DNA of 64,000 nt, taken from positions 518,178,263 through 518,242,262 of the forward strand of contig NC_058133.1 in the NCBI RefSeq assembly GCF_016433145.1, read 5' to 3'. The stretch is from Gracilinanus agilis. Lineage: Eukaryota. The position numbers and the translations under genes were made by a program. Shown here piece after piece: positions 63,351-64,000 of the stretch. The notes beneath the pieces were generated by a model. The model saw only the letters and a program-made list of their open reading frames with translations. It was not told where the DNA came from and did no database searches. Positions within the stretch are counted from its first letter, which is position 1, and every line of letters starts with the position of its first letter.

Positions 63351-64000
63351 CAAACCAATGAATGGAAGCACGCTGGATAAATATTTTTGACTGTTTATCT
63401 GAACAACATCCAAATGAAGAAAATGGTAGGTACGGCCAAAAACCAAAGACCTCTTTTCAATGAAAACAAGATATATCTGAAAATAGAATCATCGAGTGGA
63501 AACACGGCTCATCTTTCCATGGAAAAAAGCATGCCTTGTGTAAATAAAGAGATCATCAAAGGAACTTAAGTCAAAATAGAAGGGATACAAGACCGGAAAG
63601 TAAGCTACTGCCTTCTAACTAGGATTGTAGCTGCCAGCTCTAAGCAAGATGACTTGAGTGGATGGGCAGGTGTGTTCGTATCTTTCTGTTTTTCTGGAGC
63701 AGTAATCTAGATTCCCTCTCAAGAAGGCATATTTTTTTTTAATCGATCCATGACTTTCAGAGTTGAAATTGCTTTTTGCCTCCAGGAGAGTTCAGAGCCC
63801 ATTAAGACAGGACTTCCTCCTTCCTCTTAATCCTTCTAGCTCTTTTGAAAGGTTTGGATCACTAAGTGCCATCCAAAAGGTGAACATTTCTACAAGATAG
63901 AATATAAGCAGACTGTAGAAATGTAGTCGACAAAGAAAAATTTGGAAGCTTTTGCCAGTCTTTCCGCAGGTCCACACTCGAGTTACTACTATTCCTGAAT

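Noticed and set aside
63884-63924. 11-bp inverted repeat acatttctaca/tgtagaaatgt
   Set aside because: The stem is too short and AT-rich for a miRNA, and does not extend.
34000-64000. Search for a tandem AHR2 partner, as in the fish and bird AHR1-AHR2 pair
   Set aside because: No AHR2-type exon (e.g. RQRAL or a large exon 10) is recognisable; it may lie outside the window.

Overview
Marsupial genomic DNA. It is CpG-poor and carries opossum-type tRNA-derived SINEs, RTE-tailed SINEs, L1, L2, CR1 and hAT MITEs, so Monodelphis or a close relative is the likely source; there are two N gaps. The main feature is a minus-strand aryl hydrocarbon receptor family gene. I mapped nine coding exons (homologous to AHR exons 3-11, 33995 down to 2777). 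All have GT-AG borders and consistent phase, exons 4-9 match human AHR exon lengths exactly (90/124/131/203/110/142 nt), and the 2723-nt spliced frame has no internal stop. Diagnostic residues (TQRPLVDEEGGEHL, PFTFATGEALLYQ, LENLGLNAEELELLLLDE) point to the fish AHR1/avian AHR1B lineage rather than canonical mammalian AHR or AHR2. The bHLH exons 1-2 were not found in the 30 kb above exon 3. Other points of interest: a Val/Ala ligand-pocket genotype, eroded PAS-A motifs, an intragenic CpG island, an XRE cluster with a candidate in-frame alternative first exon, a 74-nt intronic hairpin, and an old 600-bp in-frame tandem duplication at 62.4-63.4 kb. All calls are by eye; no alignment or database search was run.
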